A stretch of 64,000 bases of DNA. Source: an uncultured cyanobacterium. GTDB taxonomy: Bacteria; Cyanobacteriota; Cyanobacteriia; Cyanobacteriales; CAWCAG01. Position numbers and translations under genes: made by a program. The DNA lies in NCBI GenBank assembly GCA_963793425.1, contig CAWCAG010000007.1:768001-832000 (forward strand), given 5' to 3'. Below the pieces are notes generated by a model. That model saw nothing but the letters and a program-made list of their open reading frames with translations. It did not search any database and was not told the origin of the DNA. This document shows positions 29,504-40,097 of this stretch, piece by piece; position 1 is the stretch's first letter; each line of letters starts with the position of its first letter.

Positions 29504-29890
29504 TTAAGAACGGATTCTGCTTCTGCCTGCTAGCAGTTGTTCTTCCAAAGCCGCTATGCGATTATAAGCTGCGGTTAACTGTGCGGTTACACGCTGTAGT
29601 TGAATATCACAAGATAGTTGCTTGTTACCGCTGTTTTCGCTGTTATTGCCCCAATTTCTGCTATCCACCAACACATCTTTATGTTCCATAACAGAATCAA
29701 GATTACTAGAAGCTGTTTTGGCGTATTCTCGTGTCTGAGAAATATCAGCTAGTTGCTGTTTTACTGATTCATTATCCTGTTGCTGTTCCAACAAAACAGC
29801 GGTTATATGGGTTCCTAAGCGCTCTACTGTTTGGTAAAGCTTCTCGACTTTTCGGTCCATATCAACGATTTGCTCTTGAAGTTTATCCAT
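29504..29890 (-). CDS. Conserved cyanobacterial coiled-coil hypothetical protein
   Basis: HKDVL.D and Q.QR.TAQLTAAYNRIAALEEQLL motifs. Confidence 0.7.
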   Translation of the reverse strand: MDKLQEQIVDMDRKVEKLYQTVERLGTHITAVLLEQQQDNESVKQQLADISQTREYAKTASSNLDSVMEHKDVLVDSRNWGNNSENSGNKQLSCDIQLQRVTAQLTAAYNRIAALEEQLLAGRSRIRS

Positions 29891-30025
29891 AAATGATTCC
29901 GTCTCTATAAATTTTATTTACTGAGTTCATGCTATATCTCCTTGATAGGAAACCCTAACTAAATACTGATTCATTTAACTTTTACCTGCTTAATCTTGCT
30001 TTAGCTAATACTTGAGAAAAACAAT

Positions 30026-30054
30026 TGTGCCTCATGAATTTGAGAACCGCTATA
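30026..30054. mobile_element. Orphan end of a TA-flanked MITE family
   Basis: TGTGCCTCATGAATTTGAGAACCGCTATA resembles the ends of the 39405-39505 element; no partner end found. Confidence 0.45.
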
Positions 30055-30146
30055 CATGAAATTCAGACAAGTTTGATAGACAGCACCATAGCTATTTATT
30101 AAGCTATTGAGTATCGATATCACTAAGAGCTATTACTGAAAACTTT

Positions 30147-31490
30147 ATGCCCGTCGTCACCTTAACTCCTAATCAGCAACATCAAGATTTAATTATTACC
30201 AAACCCCCTTCTGGACTAAGCTTAAAAGGGAAGATTGATATTCCTGGAGATAAATCCATCTCCCATCGCGCCTTAATGCTGGGGGCTTTAGCAGAAGGAG
30301 AAACCTGCATTCAAGGGTTACTGTTAGGAGAAGATCCCCGTAGTACAGCTAACTGTTTCCGAGCGATGGGGGCAGAAATTTCTCCTTTAAATAGCACCGA
30401 AGTTATGGTGAAAGGAGTAGGATTAGGTAACTTAAAAGAACCAGAAGATGTTTTAGATGCTGGTAATTCTGGGACAACTTTGCGTTTAATATTAGGTATC
30501 CTCGCTGCGGCTTCAGAAAGATTTTTTACTGTCACTGGGGACAATTCCTTGCGATCGCGGCCTATGTCTCGTGTGGTTAAACCTTTGCAACAAATGGGGG
30601 CTGATATTTGGGGAAGGAAGGGTAATGCTCTCGCCCCTTTAGGAGTGAGGGGCAAGCAGCTTAAGCCAATTCATTACCATTCTCCTATAGCTTCAGCCCA
30701 GGTGAAATCCTGTGTACTACTAGCAGGATTGCTTACAGAAGGTAAAACTATTGTCACTGAACCTGCCCTCTCCCGTGATCATAGCGAGAGGATGTTAAGG
30801 GCTTTTGGGGCTAAGGTAGAAGTTGATCCGGTAACAAATAGTGCGGCAATTATTGGCCCTAGCCAACTGCAAGGACAAAAAGTTATTGTACCTGGGGATA
30901 TTAGTTCGGCAGCCTTTTGGTTAGTAGCGGGGGCCATTGTTCCCGGTTCAGAATTATTAGTCAAAAATGTTGGGGTTAACCCCACCCGTACTGGAGTTTT
31001 GCAAGTATTGCAAGAAATGGAAGCTAATCTTGAACTCCAAAATCAACGGGAGGTAGCAGGGGAACCCGTTGCTGATATTTTGGTGCGTCATAGCAACTTG
31101 AAAGGATGTACCATCGCCGGGGAGATTATACCCCGCCTTATTGATGAGATTCCTATATTAGCGGTAGCCGCAGTTTTTGCCCAAGGAACAACAGTTATTA
31201 AAGATGCCGCAGAATTAAGGGTGAAAGAAAGCGATCGCTTAGCTGTGATGGCTACGGAGTTAAATCGTTTAGGGGCGAAGATTACCGAATTAAAAGACGG
31301 TTTAGAAATTATTGGTGGCACTCCTTTAACCGGGGCAGAAGTAAGCAGTCATCAGGATCATCGCATTACTATGAGTTTAGCGATCGCTGCTCTTAATGCC
31401 CAAGGAAAAACCACTATTCATGGTGCAGAAGCTGCTGGGATTTCTTATCCTGATTTTGTTGATACACTACAACATCTCGCTTCAAATTAA
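30147..31490 (+). CDS. aroA: 3-phosphoshikimate 1-carboxyvinyltransferase (EPSP synthase)
   Basis: [43 protein letters not shown]. Confidence 0.97.
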   Translation: MPVVTLTPNQQHQDLIITKPPSGLSLKGKIDIPGDKSISHRALMLGALAEGETCIQGLLLGEDPRSTANCFRAMGAEISPLNSTEVMVKGVGLGNLKEPEDVLDAGNSGTTLRLILGILAAASERFFTVTGDNSLRSRPMSRVVKPLQQMGADIWGRKGNALAPLGVRGKQLKPIHYHSPIASAQVKSCVLLAGLLTEGKTIVTEPALSRDHSERMLRAFGAKVEVDPVTNSAAIIGPSQLQGQKVIVPGDISSAAFWLVAGAIVPGSELLVKNVGVNPTRTGVLQVLQEMEANLELQNQREVAGEPVADILVRHSNLKGCTIAGEIIPRLIDEIPILAVAAVFAQGTTVIKDAAELRVKESDRLAVMATELNRLGAKITELKDGLEIIGGTPLTGAEVSSHQDHRITMSLAIAALNAQGKTTIHGAEAAGISYPDFVDTLQHLASN

Positions 31491-31966
31491 AATTGTAAAT
31501 AATACATCAACTGAGAAATAAATTCGCTATCTAAATTAAGACGACTTTGTAAGTCAGCGAGGTTGCGATAAGAACCTTCAGCAAGGCGGCTTTGAATAAT
31601 TTTTTGAGCCAAAGATGTTTCTAGTAAAGGAATTTGGCTTAATTGCTCAAATGAAGCTTTATTAGGGTTAACTTTTTGAGGATTGAGGACATTTTCTGGT
31701 TCGTAATAACCAAAGTAGAGAAGCGGTTCCCAAGGTTGGATACGCTGTAAGGGAAGGCTAATAGCTGAAGCTATATCTTCTAAACACAAAAGTTGCACAC
31801 CCATATTGGTTAACTCAACCAGGGATCGCCCTTGATGAATAGAAATACCGGGCAACCTTAACCAATCATCTACACTAGCTTGATTAACATCAATTTTAAT
31901 GCCCAGACTTGCAGCTACTTCAATTTCTGCTACCGATTCCAAGCGGTAATAAGGATCTTGAAGCAT
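31487..31966 (-). CDS. ComEA-like helix-hairpin-helix DNA-binding protein (true start may be further upstream)
   Basis: [17 protein letters not shown] and VNPNKAS.EQL..IP HhH units. Confidence 0.8.
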   Translation of the reverse strand: MLQDPYYRLESVAEIEVAASLGIKIDVNQASVDDWLRLPGISIHQGRSLVELTNMGVQLLCLEDIASAISLPLQRIQPWEPLLYFGYYEPENVLNPQKVNPNKASFEQLSQIPLLETSLAQKIIQSRLAEGSYRNLADLQSRLNLDSEFISQLMYYLQF

Positions 31967-32094
31967 TTTAGCTCTGATCCTTGCTTGACGAGGATTAAGT
32001 TTGGATGTAGATAACCACCTAAATAAAAAGATTGCTTTTACCTCCCTTTTTGCTTAAAATACTATTCGAGAAGAGTTTAAACTCCCATTTTCCC

Positions 32095-32573
32095 ATGGAA
32101 TACATCAACACCTCTATTGCTGCACAAATGTTGAGAGTCTCTCAAAGAAGAGTTCTCTACTTACTTCAACAACAACGCATCAAAGGCGCTTACAAAAAGC
32201 GGACAGGTTGGGTGATACCTTTATATAAGGGCAAACCGAAGATTTCTCGTGGCACTAGAGGACCAAAACCTCGTTGGAGTACGACAAAGGGACGGGGGCA
32301 AGAATTATTTATGTGAATAAAAACCACATCACTACCAATGCTAAGCTGGTTAAACAAGGGAGTGAAGTTCCTTTAAAAACAGTGGTAAGCGTTAAACACG
32401 GTACAAACAAGACTGTTTATGGTCACGAATTAGAGATATTTGGCTATTGTCAGATCGTTTACTCCCCTGAAATGCCGAAAGATTGTGGGGCGAGTTTATG
32501 GATAAAAACCTACTCAGATGTGAAGGTAGTAGATAAGTCCAATCCTGAGCAATGGTCGGTTATTCGTTGTTAG
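32095..32573 (+). CDS. Excisionase-like HTH DNA-binding protein with uncharacterised C-terminal domain; apparent frameshift at G5 32294-32298
   Basis: AAQMLRVSQRRV..LL...RIKGAYK...W.IP in one frame; IIYVN...VVSVK...YGHELEI.G.C.IVYSP..P..CGA.LWI.T in another; one added G fuses them. Confidence 0.7.
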
Positions 32574-32620
32574 TAATTTAGAGAAAGGGATAACCCCAAA
32601 ACTGCGTAAAATCCAGTATT

Positions 32621-33463
32621 TCAAAGATTTTGCCTTGTAGAACTTTCGTGCCATTCCCCTAACAAAAAATCTGATAACTTGCTTAAAACCGCAAAAATAA
32701 GTATACCAAGTATGGCAATCATCACCAAAGCAGCAAACATACGAGGAATTTGTAAATTGTAGCTAGCAATCAAGATTTGATAAGCAATTCCTGAATTCGC
32801 GCCCCCCGTCCCTGCTACAAACTCTGCTACCACTGCCCCAATTAAAGCTAAGCCGCCGCTAATGCGTAACCCAGATAAGAAATAGGGTAAAGCACTTGGC
32901 AAACGTAGATAAAGCATTGTTTGCCAAGGAGATGCTTTATAAAGTCGAAACAGATCCTTAAGGTTAGGATCAAGACTATTTAAACCAAAGGTGGTGTTAG
33001 AAATAATCGGAAAGAGGGCGACAATCCAGGCACAGAGGACTAATGCGCCGAAGGTATTATTCTTAAACCAAATGACAATTAAAGGTGCGATCGCGGCGAT
33101 CGGTGTGGTTTGTAAAGCTATGGCATAGGGATAAAGGCTTTTTTCAATCCATTTACTTTGGGCCATTAAAATTGCGAGGAATAACCCTGATATAGTTGCG
33201 ATTCCAAAGGCAGCAACGGTAATTTGTAAGGTGATTAGTAAAGCCGGAAAAAGGATAGAGAAATCTTTTACTAAAGTTTGGGCAATTAAGGAAGGAGAAG
33301 GCAAAAGATAAGGTGGGGTATTGGTGAGGCGTACTGCTATTTCCCAAACCAGTAAGACGAAAATGCCCACAGCAACGGGGGCGAGGGTATCTAGAGATAA
33401 GAGATTTTTTGGTTGCTGCTTGATCTTTTCTGCCATTTGCTGGGAAATGCCCTTAATGCTCAT
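32621..33463 (-). CDS. NitT/TauT-family ABC transporter permease
   Basis: LLPSP, QTTPIAAIAPL, LRLPSALPY..SGLRI, GAVVAEF. Confidence 0.9.
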   Translation of the reverse strand: MSIKGISQQMAEKIKQQPKNLLSLDTLAPVAVGIFVLLVWEIAVRLTNTPPYLLPSPSLIAQTLVKDFSILFPALLITLQITVAAFGIATISGLFLAILMAQSKWIEKSLYPYAIALQTTPIAAIAPLIVIWFKNNTFGALVLCAWIVALFPIISNTTFGLNSLDPNLKDLFRLYKASPWQTMLYLRLPSALPYFLSGLRISGGLALIGAVVAEFVAGTGGANSGIAYQILIASYNLQIPRMFAALVMIAILGILIFAVLSKLSDFLLGEWHESSTRQNL

Positions 33464-33473
33464 TAAAACAATC

Positions 33474-34223
33474 TCATCTTGTCATAGCTTGAGATAACTG
33501 CTCTGCTACTTGACGGTAATATTTGCTATATAAAGGAGAAGAACGAAACTTTTCTGTACGTGGATATGGTTGTGCAATGGGAACTTCAGCTACTACTCTA
33601 CCGGGATTAGCACCCATAACTACTACTCGATGGGAAAGGTAGACAGCTTCGTAAATGTTGTGGGTAACAAAAACTACTGTCCAATGTTTTTGCTTCCATA
33701 AAGCCAGTAAATCATTATTGAGTTGGTTACGGGTAATGTCATCCAATGCCCCAAAGGGTTCATCCATAAGCAAAACTTGAGGGTTAGTCACTAAAGCCCT
33801 AGCGATAGAAACCCGCATTTTCATCCCACCAGAGAGTTGCCGGGGATAGGAATCAGCAACCCTAGCTAATTTGACTAACTCCAGGGCTTCAGTAATAGTT
33901 GTCTCTGCTTTTCTTGGGGAAATGCCAGCTAGTTTGAGGGGCAAATAAATATTATCTTTAACGTTAGCCCAAGGCATCAAAGCGGGTTCTTGAAAAACAA
34001 AGGCAATATCTTTTTCTAAGCTGGAATCGTGCCATTGTATATTTCCTGAACTTAAGCTACTCAGTCCGGCAATGATCCTTAATACAGTACTTTTACCACA
34101 CCCAGAGGGGCCAACCAAACTAACAAATTCTGCTTCAGCAACCTGGAGGTTAAAGTCCTCTAAAGCAATAGTGCCTTTGTCAAAAACTTTATTAACGTGG
34201 GTGAGAGCAATAACATTTTTCAT
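33474..34223 (-). CDS. NitT/TauT-family ABC transporter ATP-binding protein
   Basis: GPSGCGKST, LSGGM, LLMDEPFGALD, VTH. Confidence 0.93.
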   Translation of the reverse strand: MKNVIALTHVNKVFDKGTIALEDFNLQVAEAEFVSLVGPSGCGKSTVLRIIAGLSSLSSGNIQWHDSSLEKDIAFVFQEPALMPWANVKDNIYLPLKLAGISPRKAETTITEALELVKLARVADSYPRQLSGGMKMRVSIARALVTNPQVLLMDEPFGALDDITRNQLNNDLLALWKQKHWTVVFVTHNIYEAVYLSHRVVVMGANPGRVVAEVPIAQPYPRTEKFRSSPLYSKYYRQVAEQLSQAMTR

Positions 34224-34226
34224 CTG

Positions 34227-35801
34227 TTACTTGATTTGCCTCCCCAGACATTGCCCCACAGCCGTTAAAGCAGAATAACTCACCCCGGCTGTCCCTTCAC
34301 CAGGATGGGTGGAGTCTCCTACTAACCAGAGATTATTAATGGGGGTGCGGTTGGCAAAACCAAAAGGGCCGAAGGTAGAAACTCGCTGCCCAATTCCCCC
34401 GACATAACCTTGTTCACGGGCAGTGAATTTAGCAAAGGTGCGGGGGGTAGCAACTTCTCTATGAATGATAGTTTCAGGGGTGAGGTGAAAATAGGTTCCC
34501 AAACGAGCGATCGCCTCTTGAGTAAACTTTTCTTTGAGGTGTTCGTAATCCTCTTGACTACTTTGCCACCAGGGGGCTGCTTCAACAAAGGAAGAAGCAA
34601 TTATTGTCGCTTTACCTTCGTAAGCCCTACCGTCCCCTGGTTTGCTTACGGAAACGAATAAGGAATTGTTTTCGCCAATAGGGGCATCATAGTTGTAGAG
34701 AAATTGGAGATGGGGAGGACAATCAGGAGGAATGGCTTGGTGATCTACTCCTAAATAAACCACAAAAGCCCCAGAAGGGTTTGCTAGCTTGCTCACACGC
34801 TTTTGATAGTTTTTGATACCTAACAATGATGTGGGGTTTTGCCAAGCCTGAGTTAGGGAAGGTTTAGACTGTTTTTGTCGGGGAAGCAACTGCACTAAGT
34901 TATGAACCGTCACATTCGCAAAAATATCATCAGCTAATTCTGTCCGCACTTCCCCAGTTTTTTGGTTGCGTACTCTAACCCCAGTTACTCTTTGGGCTTC
35001 GGTATAAATTTCTTCTACACTATGGCGCATTAATAATTTGCCGCCATATTTTTCTAACCCATCTACTAGGCGATCGCTTAATACTTGCATACTGCCTTGG
35101 AGATGAAACAGGCCCTGGGGTTCTTGAGAAACTCCTAATGCTGTGGCAGCGTAGAGTAGGGCCGTTTCTTCGGCGTTAACTTGGGAATATAGTTTAAGTT
35201 GCAGGTCTAGAAATGTTCGCAAACGCTTATCTTCGGCAAGACCATATAAGCGTAGGGCATCCCCTACCGTCATGAAAGTAAAAGGAACAGTAATTAAGGT
35301 ATCAGGACGTAAAGCAGATAGCAACTGCCAGGTATCCCATAAATTGCGGGGAGGCAAGACGGGTTCGCGAGATTGAAACTTCCAACTAGCTTGGAAAAGC
35401 TTCCCCAATAATTGCCAAAAAGGTTCACTTTTAGGGAACTGTTCTTGTCTTTCTTTGGCCCATTTTTGCGGATCACGCCAGACATTGATTGGTTCCTTTT
35501 CTCCTGGCAAAAAGACAGCACAAGCAGGATCGCAAGGGGTGGCTGCGGGGATATCTACTTCTAAGTAATCGAAGATTTTTTTATGAATGCCCCCCGCTTC
35601 TAAACCAGCTACTTGGGTTGCCCCCACATCGAAGGTAAATCCCCTTCTTCTGAAGGTTGAAGCACAGCCTCCAGGAACTAATGCTTGGTCAAAGAGCAAA
35701 ACTTCACAACCTTGACGGGCTAATAATGCCCCGGCTGTTAAACCGCCAATCCCCGCCCCAATAACTATTATTCGCTTCCTTTTTCCTGGGCTACTTGCCA
35801 T
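34227..35801 (-). CDS. crtD: Carotenoid C-3',4' desaturase CrtD
   Basis: IGAGIGGLTA FAD motif, FDVGATQVAGLE.GGIH, DLQLKLYSQ, GDSTHPGEGTAGVSYSA. Confidence 0.85.
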   Translation of the reverse strand: MASSPGKRKRIIVIGAGIGGLTAGALLARQGCEVLLFDQALVPGGCASTFRRRGFTFDVGATQVAGLEAGGIHKKIFDYLEVDIPAATPCDPACAVFLPGEKEPINVWRDPQKWAKERQEQFPKSEPFWQLLGKLFQASWKFQSREPVLPPRNLWDTWQLLSALRPDTLITVPFTFMTVGDALRLYGLAEDKRLRTFLDLQLKLYSQVNAEETALLYAATALGVSQEPQGLFHLQGSMQVLSDRLVDGLEKYGGKLLMRHSVEEIYTEAQRVTGVRVRNQKTGEVRTELADDIFANVTVHNLVQLLPRQKQSKPSLTQAWQNPTSLLGIKNYQKRVSKLANPSGAFVVYLGVDHQAIPPDCPPHLQFLYNYDAPIGENNSLFVSVSKPGDGRAYEGKATIIASSFVEAAPWWQSSQEDYEHLKEKFTQEAIARLGTYFHLTPETIIHREVATPRTFAKFTAREQGYVGGIGQRVSTFGPFGFANRTPINNLWLVGDSTHPGEGTAGVSYSALTAVGQCLGRQIK

Positions 35802-36018
35802 GGTTGAGGGTTAAAACTAAGAAATATTCATCTATGTATTGCAATTGTAAACTTTTGTTGTAGGTATTTGCTAATCCATAATGGTACTTGGGAAAAAATA
35901 AACTCCAAATAAAACTAATAATTGCTGAACTTAGTTGACCCTTGTATCTTAGAAGGTTAAAGGGTAAGGGGCAATCCTTAACTGAATCAAACTATCACCA
36001 ACCCTCAGCAACTAAATT

Positions 36019-39000
36019 ATGTTTGTTGACTTTTTTATCAGAAGGCCTGTATTTACCACTGTTTGCTCCTTAATTATCCTTTTGCTAGGGGCCGTTACCA
36101 TACCAACTTTACCCGTAGCCCAATATCCCGACATTAGCCCCAAACAAGTTAATGTTACAGCGAATTACAATGGTGCTGATGCCCAAACCGTAGAGAATGC
36201 TGTCACCACAATTTTAGAGCGGCAAATTAACGGTGTGGAAGGGATGCGCTACATGACTTCCAGTAGTAGCAACAACGGTAGCAGTAATATTACAATTACT
36301 TTTGAACCAGGACGAGATCAAGATATTGCTGCGGTTGATATACAAAACCGTGTCTCTGTTGCTGAACCTCAATTGCCAGAAACTGTGACCCAAACCGGGG
36401 TAACAGTAAGCAAAGAATCTAGTAATATTCTCATGGGGTTTGGACTTTATACAGATGAGGGAGAATACGATAACTTATTTTTGAGCAACTACGCCGATCT
36501 CTACATGGTAGATGCCCTGAAAAGGGTTAACGGTGTCGGTAACGTGAGGATTTTTGGGGAACGCAAATATGCCATGCGTCTTTGGTTAGATCCCCAACGC
36601 TTAGCCAGTCGTAATTTAGTAGCACAGGATGTAGTTGATGCCCTGCGAGAACAAAATATTCAAGTGGGGGCAGGAGGCATTGGGCAACAACCGGCCCCTG
36701 AAGATCAGCAGTTTCAGATTGATTTGCGGGCAGTGAGTCGCCTGACCAATGTTACTGAGTTTGAAGATATTATCCTCGAAACAGGAGAAGATGGCACTCT
36801 TATTCAACTCAAAGATGTCGGGCGGGCAGAATTAGGAGCAGAAAATTATAGTACTTTCTTGCGCTTTCGGGGCAAAGAGGCCGTAGGTTTAGGTATTTAC
36901 CAAGTTGCTGGGAGTAATGCTTTGGAAGTGGGACAGGCTGTCAAAGCCGAGATGAAACGTCTTGCTTTGGATTTTCCCCCCGGAATGCAGTATGACATTG
37001 GTTTTGATACTACTGCTTTTGTAGAAGAATCTTTAACTAGGGTCGTTTGGACTCTTGCCCAAGCGGTAGGGTTAGTGGTTTTGGTGATTTTCATCTTTTT
37101 ACAAGACTGGCGTACCACAATTATTCCTGCCATTACTATTCCGATTGCTTTAATTGGTACTTTTGCCTTCATTAAAGTTTTTAACTTCTCCATCAACAGC
37201 TTAACTTTATTCGGTCTTACCCTAGCTACAGGAATGGTGGTAGATGATGCCATTGTGGTAGTGGAGGATATTGCCAATAAAATTCAAAACCAAGGTAAGA
37301 AGCCTCGCCAAGCAGCTATGGCTTCTATGCACGAATTAGTGGGGGCAGTGATTGCAACTTCCTTGGTATTAATGGCCGTGTTTATCCCCGTTGCCTTCTT
37401 CCCTGGTACAACCGGGGCGTTATACCGCCAATTCGCCCTCACCATTGCTTTTGCTATCGCCCTTTCTACCTTCAATGCCCTGACTCTAACCCCTACCCTG
37501 GCAGGTTTGTTGTTACGGCGCAAACCCAGGAGTCGCGGCTGGCTAGGTAGAATTTTTAATCAGTTTAATCGCTTTTTGAATTGGGTAGAGAGACGCTATC
37601 GTCACATAATTGATATCCTTACCCACTTCAAAATGATTGTGGTGTTGGTCTTTGCTGGTTTTTTAGCCCTAACCGTTTGGTTTTATACCGTTGTCCCTTC
37701 TGCCTTCCTACCTGATGAAGATCAGGGTTACTTTATTACCCTTATTCAAGGGCCGGAAGGGGTTTCCCTTAATTACACTAGCGATGTAATGCGGCAAATC
37801 GAAAAAGCGATTTTACCCCTAGATGAAGTTAAGGCTACCTTTGCGGTAGGAGGTTTTGGCTTTAGTGGTAGCACTGCTAATAGCGCCATCATTTTTACAA
37901 CCTTAATACCTTGGGCAGAACGTACTAACCCGGAACAGTCGGCCCAGGCGATTATTAATCAAGTTCGGGGTTCTATTGCTAACATCACTGAAGCAAGAAT
38001 ATTACCCGTAAATCCCCCACCTATTCGCGGTTTGGGCAGTTTTGGAGGTTTCCAATTCCAACTTCAAGATCGGCGGGGTAATTCAGGCTTAGAGACTTTA
38101 ATTACTAATATGGGTAAGTTACTGGGGGCAGCGAACCAAAACCCCAATTTAGAAGCTGTTTTTAGTACCTATGCGGCTAATACTCCTCAACTAGTTATTG
38201 AAGTTAACCGCAATCTTGCTAAAGCTTTAGATGTTGATATTGACGATATCTTTAATACCCTACAAACCTATTTAGGTTCCCGCTATGTCAACGACTTCAG
38301 CTTAGATCAGCGTACCTATCGAGTTTATGTCCAAGCAGACCAACAATACCGTTCCAATCCTGAAGATATTAATCAACTCTACATCCGTTCCAATCGCGAT
38401 GAGATGATTCCTTTAGGTAATTTAGTCACTGTAACTCCGCAAACCGGGGCGCAAACTATTAATCACTACAACCTCTTCCGTTCCATAGAAATTAACGGTG
38501 GTGCGGCCCCTGGTAAAAGTTCAGGAGATGCGATCGCCGCAATGAAACAGGTTGCTACGGAGGTTTTGCCCCCCGGTTTCGGTTATGAATGGTCTGGTAC
38601 TTCCTTAGAAGAAATTGAATCCGGAGGTCAAGCCCCCATCATCTTTAGTTTAGGATTAGTATTAGTTTTTCTCGTCCTAGCGGCGCAATACGAAAGCTAT
38701 ATAGACCCGATTGTGATCATGCTATCAGTTCCCCTCGCTGTCTTAGGGGCGCTGTTAGCACAATTTCTCCGGGGAATGCCTAATGATGTTTACTGTCAAA
38801 TCGGATTGGTAATGCTGATTGGTTTAGCGAGTAAAAACGCCATCTTAATTGTGGAATTTGCTAACCAACTCAGAGAACAGGGTTTGAGTATTACCAAAGC
38901 AGCAGTAGAAGCATCCCAACAACGTCTACGCCCCATTCTCATGACCGCTATTTCCACCCTAAGTAGTATCTTCCCCTTAACTATCGCCAGCGGTGCAGGG

Positions 39001-39207
39001 GCCGCCAGCCGTCAATCCCTTGGTACAGCAGTGTTCGGTGGTATGTTCGTAGCTACTTTCTTAAGTCTGTTTGTTGTCCCCATTATTTATATCGTCATCG
39101 AATCATTTAGCGATCGCCTGTTTAATTCCCAACCCCAGCAACCAAAAGCTGCTGAAAAGAAAAAACCTGAGTCTAAGCCAGAAATGACAGGAATTTCAGG
39201 GAAGTGA
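36019..39207 (+). CDS. RND efflux transporter permease (AcrB/HAE1 family)
   Basis: FFIRRPVF, LPVAQYP, GMVVDDAIVVVE, KNAILIVEFA, RLRPILMT. Confidence 0.95.
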   Translation: MFVDFFIRRPVFTTVCSLIILLLGAVTIPTLPVAQYPDISPKQVNVTANYNGADAQTVENAVTTILERQINGVEGMRYMTSSSSNNGSSNITITFEPGRDQDIAAVDIQNRVSVAEPQLPETVTQTGVTVSKESSNILMGFGLYTDEGEYDNLFLSNYADLYMVDALKRVNGVGNVRIFGERKYAMRLWLDPQRLASRNLVAQDVVDALREQNIQVGAGGIGQQPAPEDQQFQIDLRAVSRLTNVTEFEDIILETGEDGTLIQLKDVGRAELGAENYSTFLRFRGKEAVGLGIYQVAGSNALEVGQAVKAEMKRLALDFPPGMQYDIGFDTTAFVEESLTRVVWTLAQAVGLVVLVIFIFLQDWRTTIIPAITIPIALIGTFAFIKVFNFSINSLTLFGLTLATGMVVDDAIVVVEDIANKIQNQGKKPRQAAMASMHELVGAVIATSLVLMAVFIPVAFFPGTTGALYRQFALTIAFAIALSTFNALTLTPTLAGLLLRRKPRSRGWLGRIFNQFNRFLNWVERRYRHIIDILTHFKMIVVLVFAGFLALTVWFYTVVPSAFLPDEDQGYFITLIQGPEGVSLNYTSDVMRQIEKAILPLDEVKATFAVGGFGFSGSTANSAIIFTTLIPWAERTNPEQSAQAIINQVRGSIANITEARILPVNPPPIRGLGSFGGFQFQLQDRRGNSGLETLITNMGKLLGAANQNPNLEAVFSTYAANTPQLVIEVNRNLAKALDVDIDDIFNTLQTYLGSRYVNDFSLDQRTYRVYVQADQQYRSNPEDINQLYIRSNRDEMIPLGNLVTVTPQTGAQTINHYNLFRSIEINGGAAPGKSSGDAIAAMKQVATEVLPPGFGYEWSGTSLEEIESGGQAPIIFSLGLVLVFLVLAAQYESYIDPIVIMLSVPLAVLGALLAQFLRGMPNDVYCQIGLVMLIGLASKNAILIVEFANQLREQGLSITKAAVEASQQRLRPILMTAISTLSSIFPLTIASGAGAASRQSLGTAVFGGMFVATFLSLFVVPIIYIVIESFSDRLFNSQPQQPKAAEKKKPESKPEMTGISGK

Positions 39208-39404
39208 TTTTAGGAGATGGGGAGAGGGTTATTTTCAAACCAATAGCGAGTTTTTAAAAACCAAAGCAAGTTTTTAAAATAAAGGAGATGGGGAATTTGG
39301 AAAAATTCGCTTATTGTGGAACAAGCTTAATTTAGCAAACGTCAATAATAGGCTAGTAGCTACTGGGGCTTTCATTAAAAACATGAGAATTTGAGTGGAC
39401 TTAC

Positions 39405-39505
39405 TATAGCCTTTCTCGGACTGATGAGGTAGATTTACTATTTCTACTAGCCACTAGCTACTAGCTATTAGCAAATTTACCTCAAGCTTACTAAAAATCG
39501 CTATA
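39405..39505. mobile_element. TA-flanked MITE (IS630-like ends) containing (CTAGC[CT]A)n heptamers
   Basis: TATAGCCTTTCTC..TGAGGTA ... TACCTCA..AAAATCGCTATA imperfect terminal inverted repeats. Confidence 0.6.
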
Positions 39506-39551
39506 TGTCACTTTTGCTTTCGCCAATAAATTTTAACTTTTGAGTTGTTAT

Positions 39552-40079
39552 ATGAATAACCTAGTATTAAACCCCAAAAAAAAATCTTTCCCACCGATGA
39601 TCATAGCTGCCCTAATTGCCTTAGCTGGTATAGGAAGCACTTTTTTGGGGGCTAAGACTGCGATCGCCCAGTCTTCTCCACCAATTTTTGAGAATGTTAC
39701 TATTGCCCCAGGATTTGATCCACAAACTGTTAAAATTCGAGGCATAAGTGGTGGTCCAATATCTGCTAGTAATGTAGCTGGTAGACTAGAAACTGATACA
39801 GGGCCTTGTGTTGGGTTTGTGGATGAACAACCAGATCATACTTTAACCTTAACCCAATTCTTCAACTTCCTCAGTATCCAAGTCAAAAGTTCCGGAGATA
39901 CAACTCTCATCGTACAAGGGCCAGGAGGCAGTTGGTGTAACGATGATTCTACCGGGCAAAATCCTGGAATTTCCGGCCAGTGGTTAGAAGGCGTTTACAA
40001 AATTTGGATCGGTTCCTATAAAGATCAATCTGCCCAGGAGGTTGAGTATCATCCCTATGTTATTTATATTTCTGAGTAG
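39552..40079 (+). CDS. Conserved exported hypothetical protein
   Basis: Signal peptide (AIA-Q); CVGFVD.QPDH, DTTL.VQGPGG.WCNDD, G.YKIWIGSY. Confidence 0.7.
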   Translation: MNNLVLNPKKKSFPPMIIAALIALAGIGSTFLGAKTAIAQSSPPIFENVTIAPGFDPQTVKIRGISGGPISASNVAGRLETDTGPCVGFVDEQPDHTLTLTQFFNFLSIQVKSSGDTTLIVQGPGGSWCNDDSTGQNPGISGQWLEGVYKIWIGSYKDQSAQEVEYHPYVIYISE

Positions 40080-40097
40080 CCATTAGCCATTAGCAAA

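Noticed and set aside
32280..32316. Programmed ribosomal frameshift in the HTH gene
   Set aside because: No canonical slippery heptamer or downstream structure; a homopolymer indel is simpler
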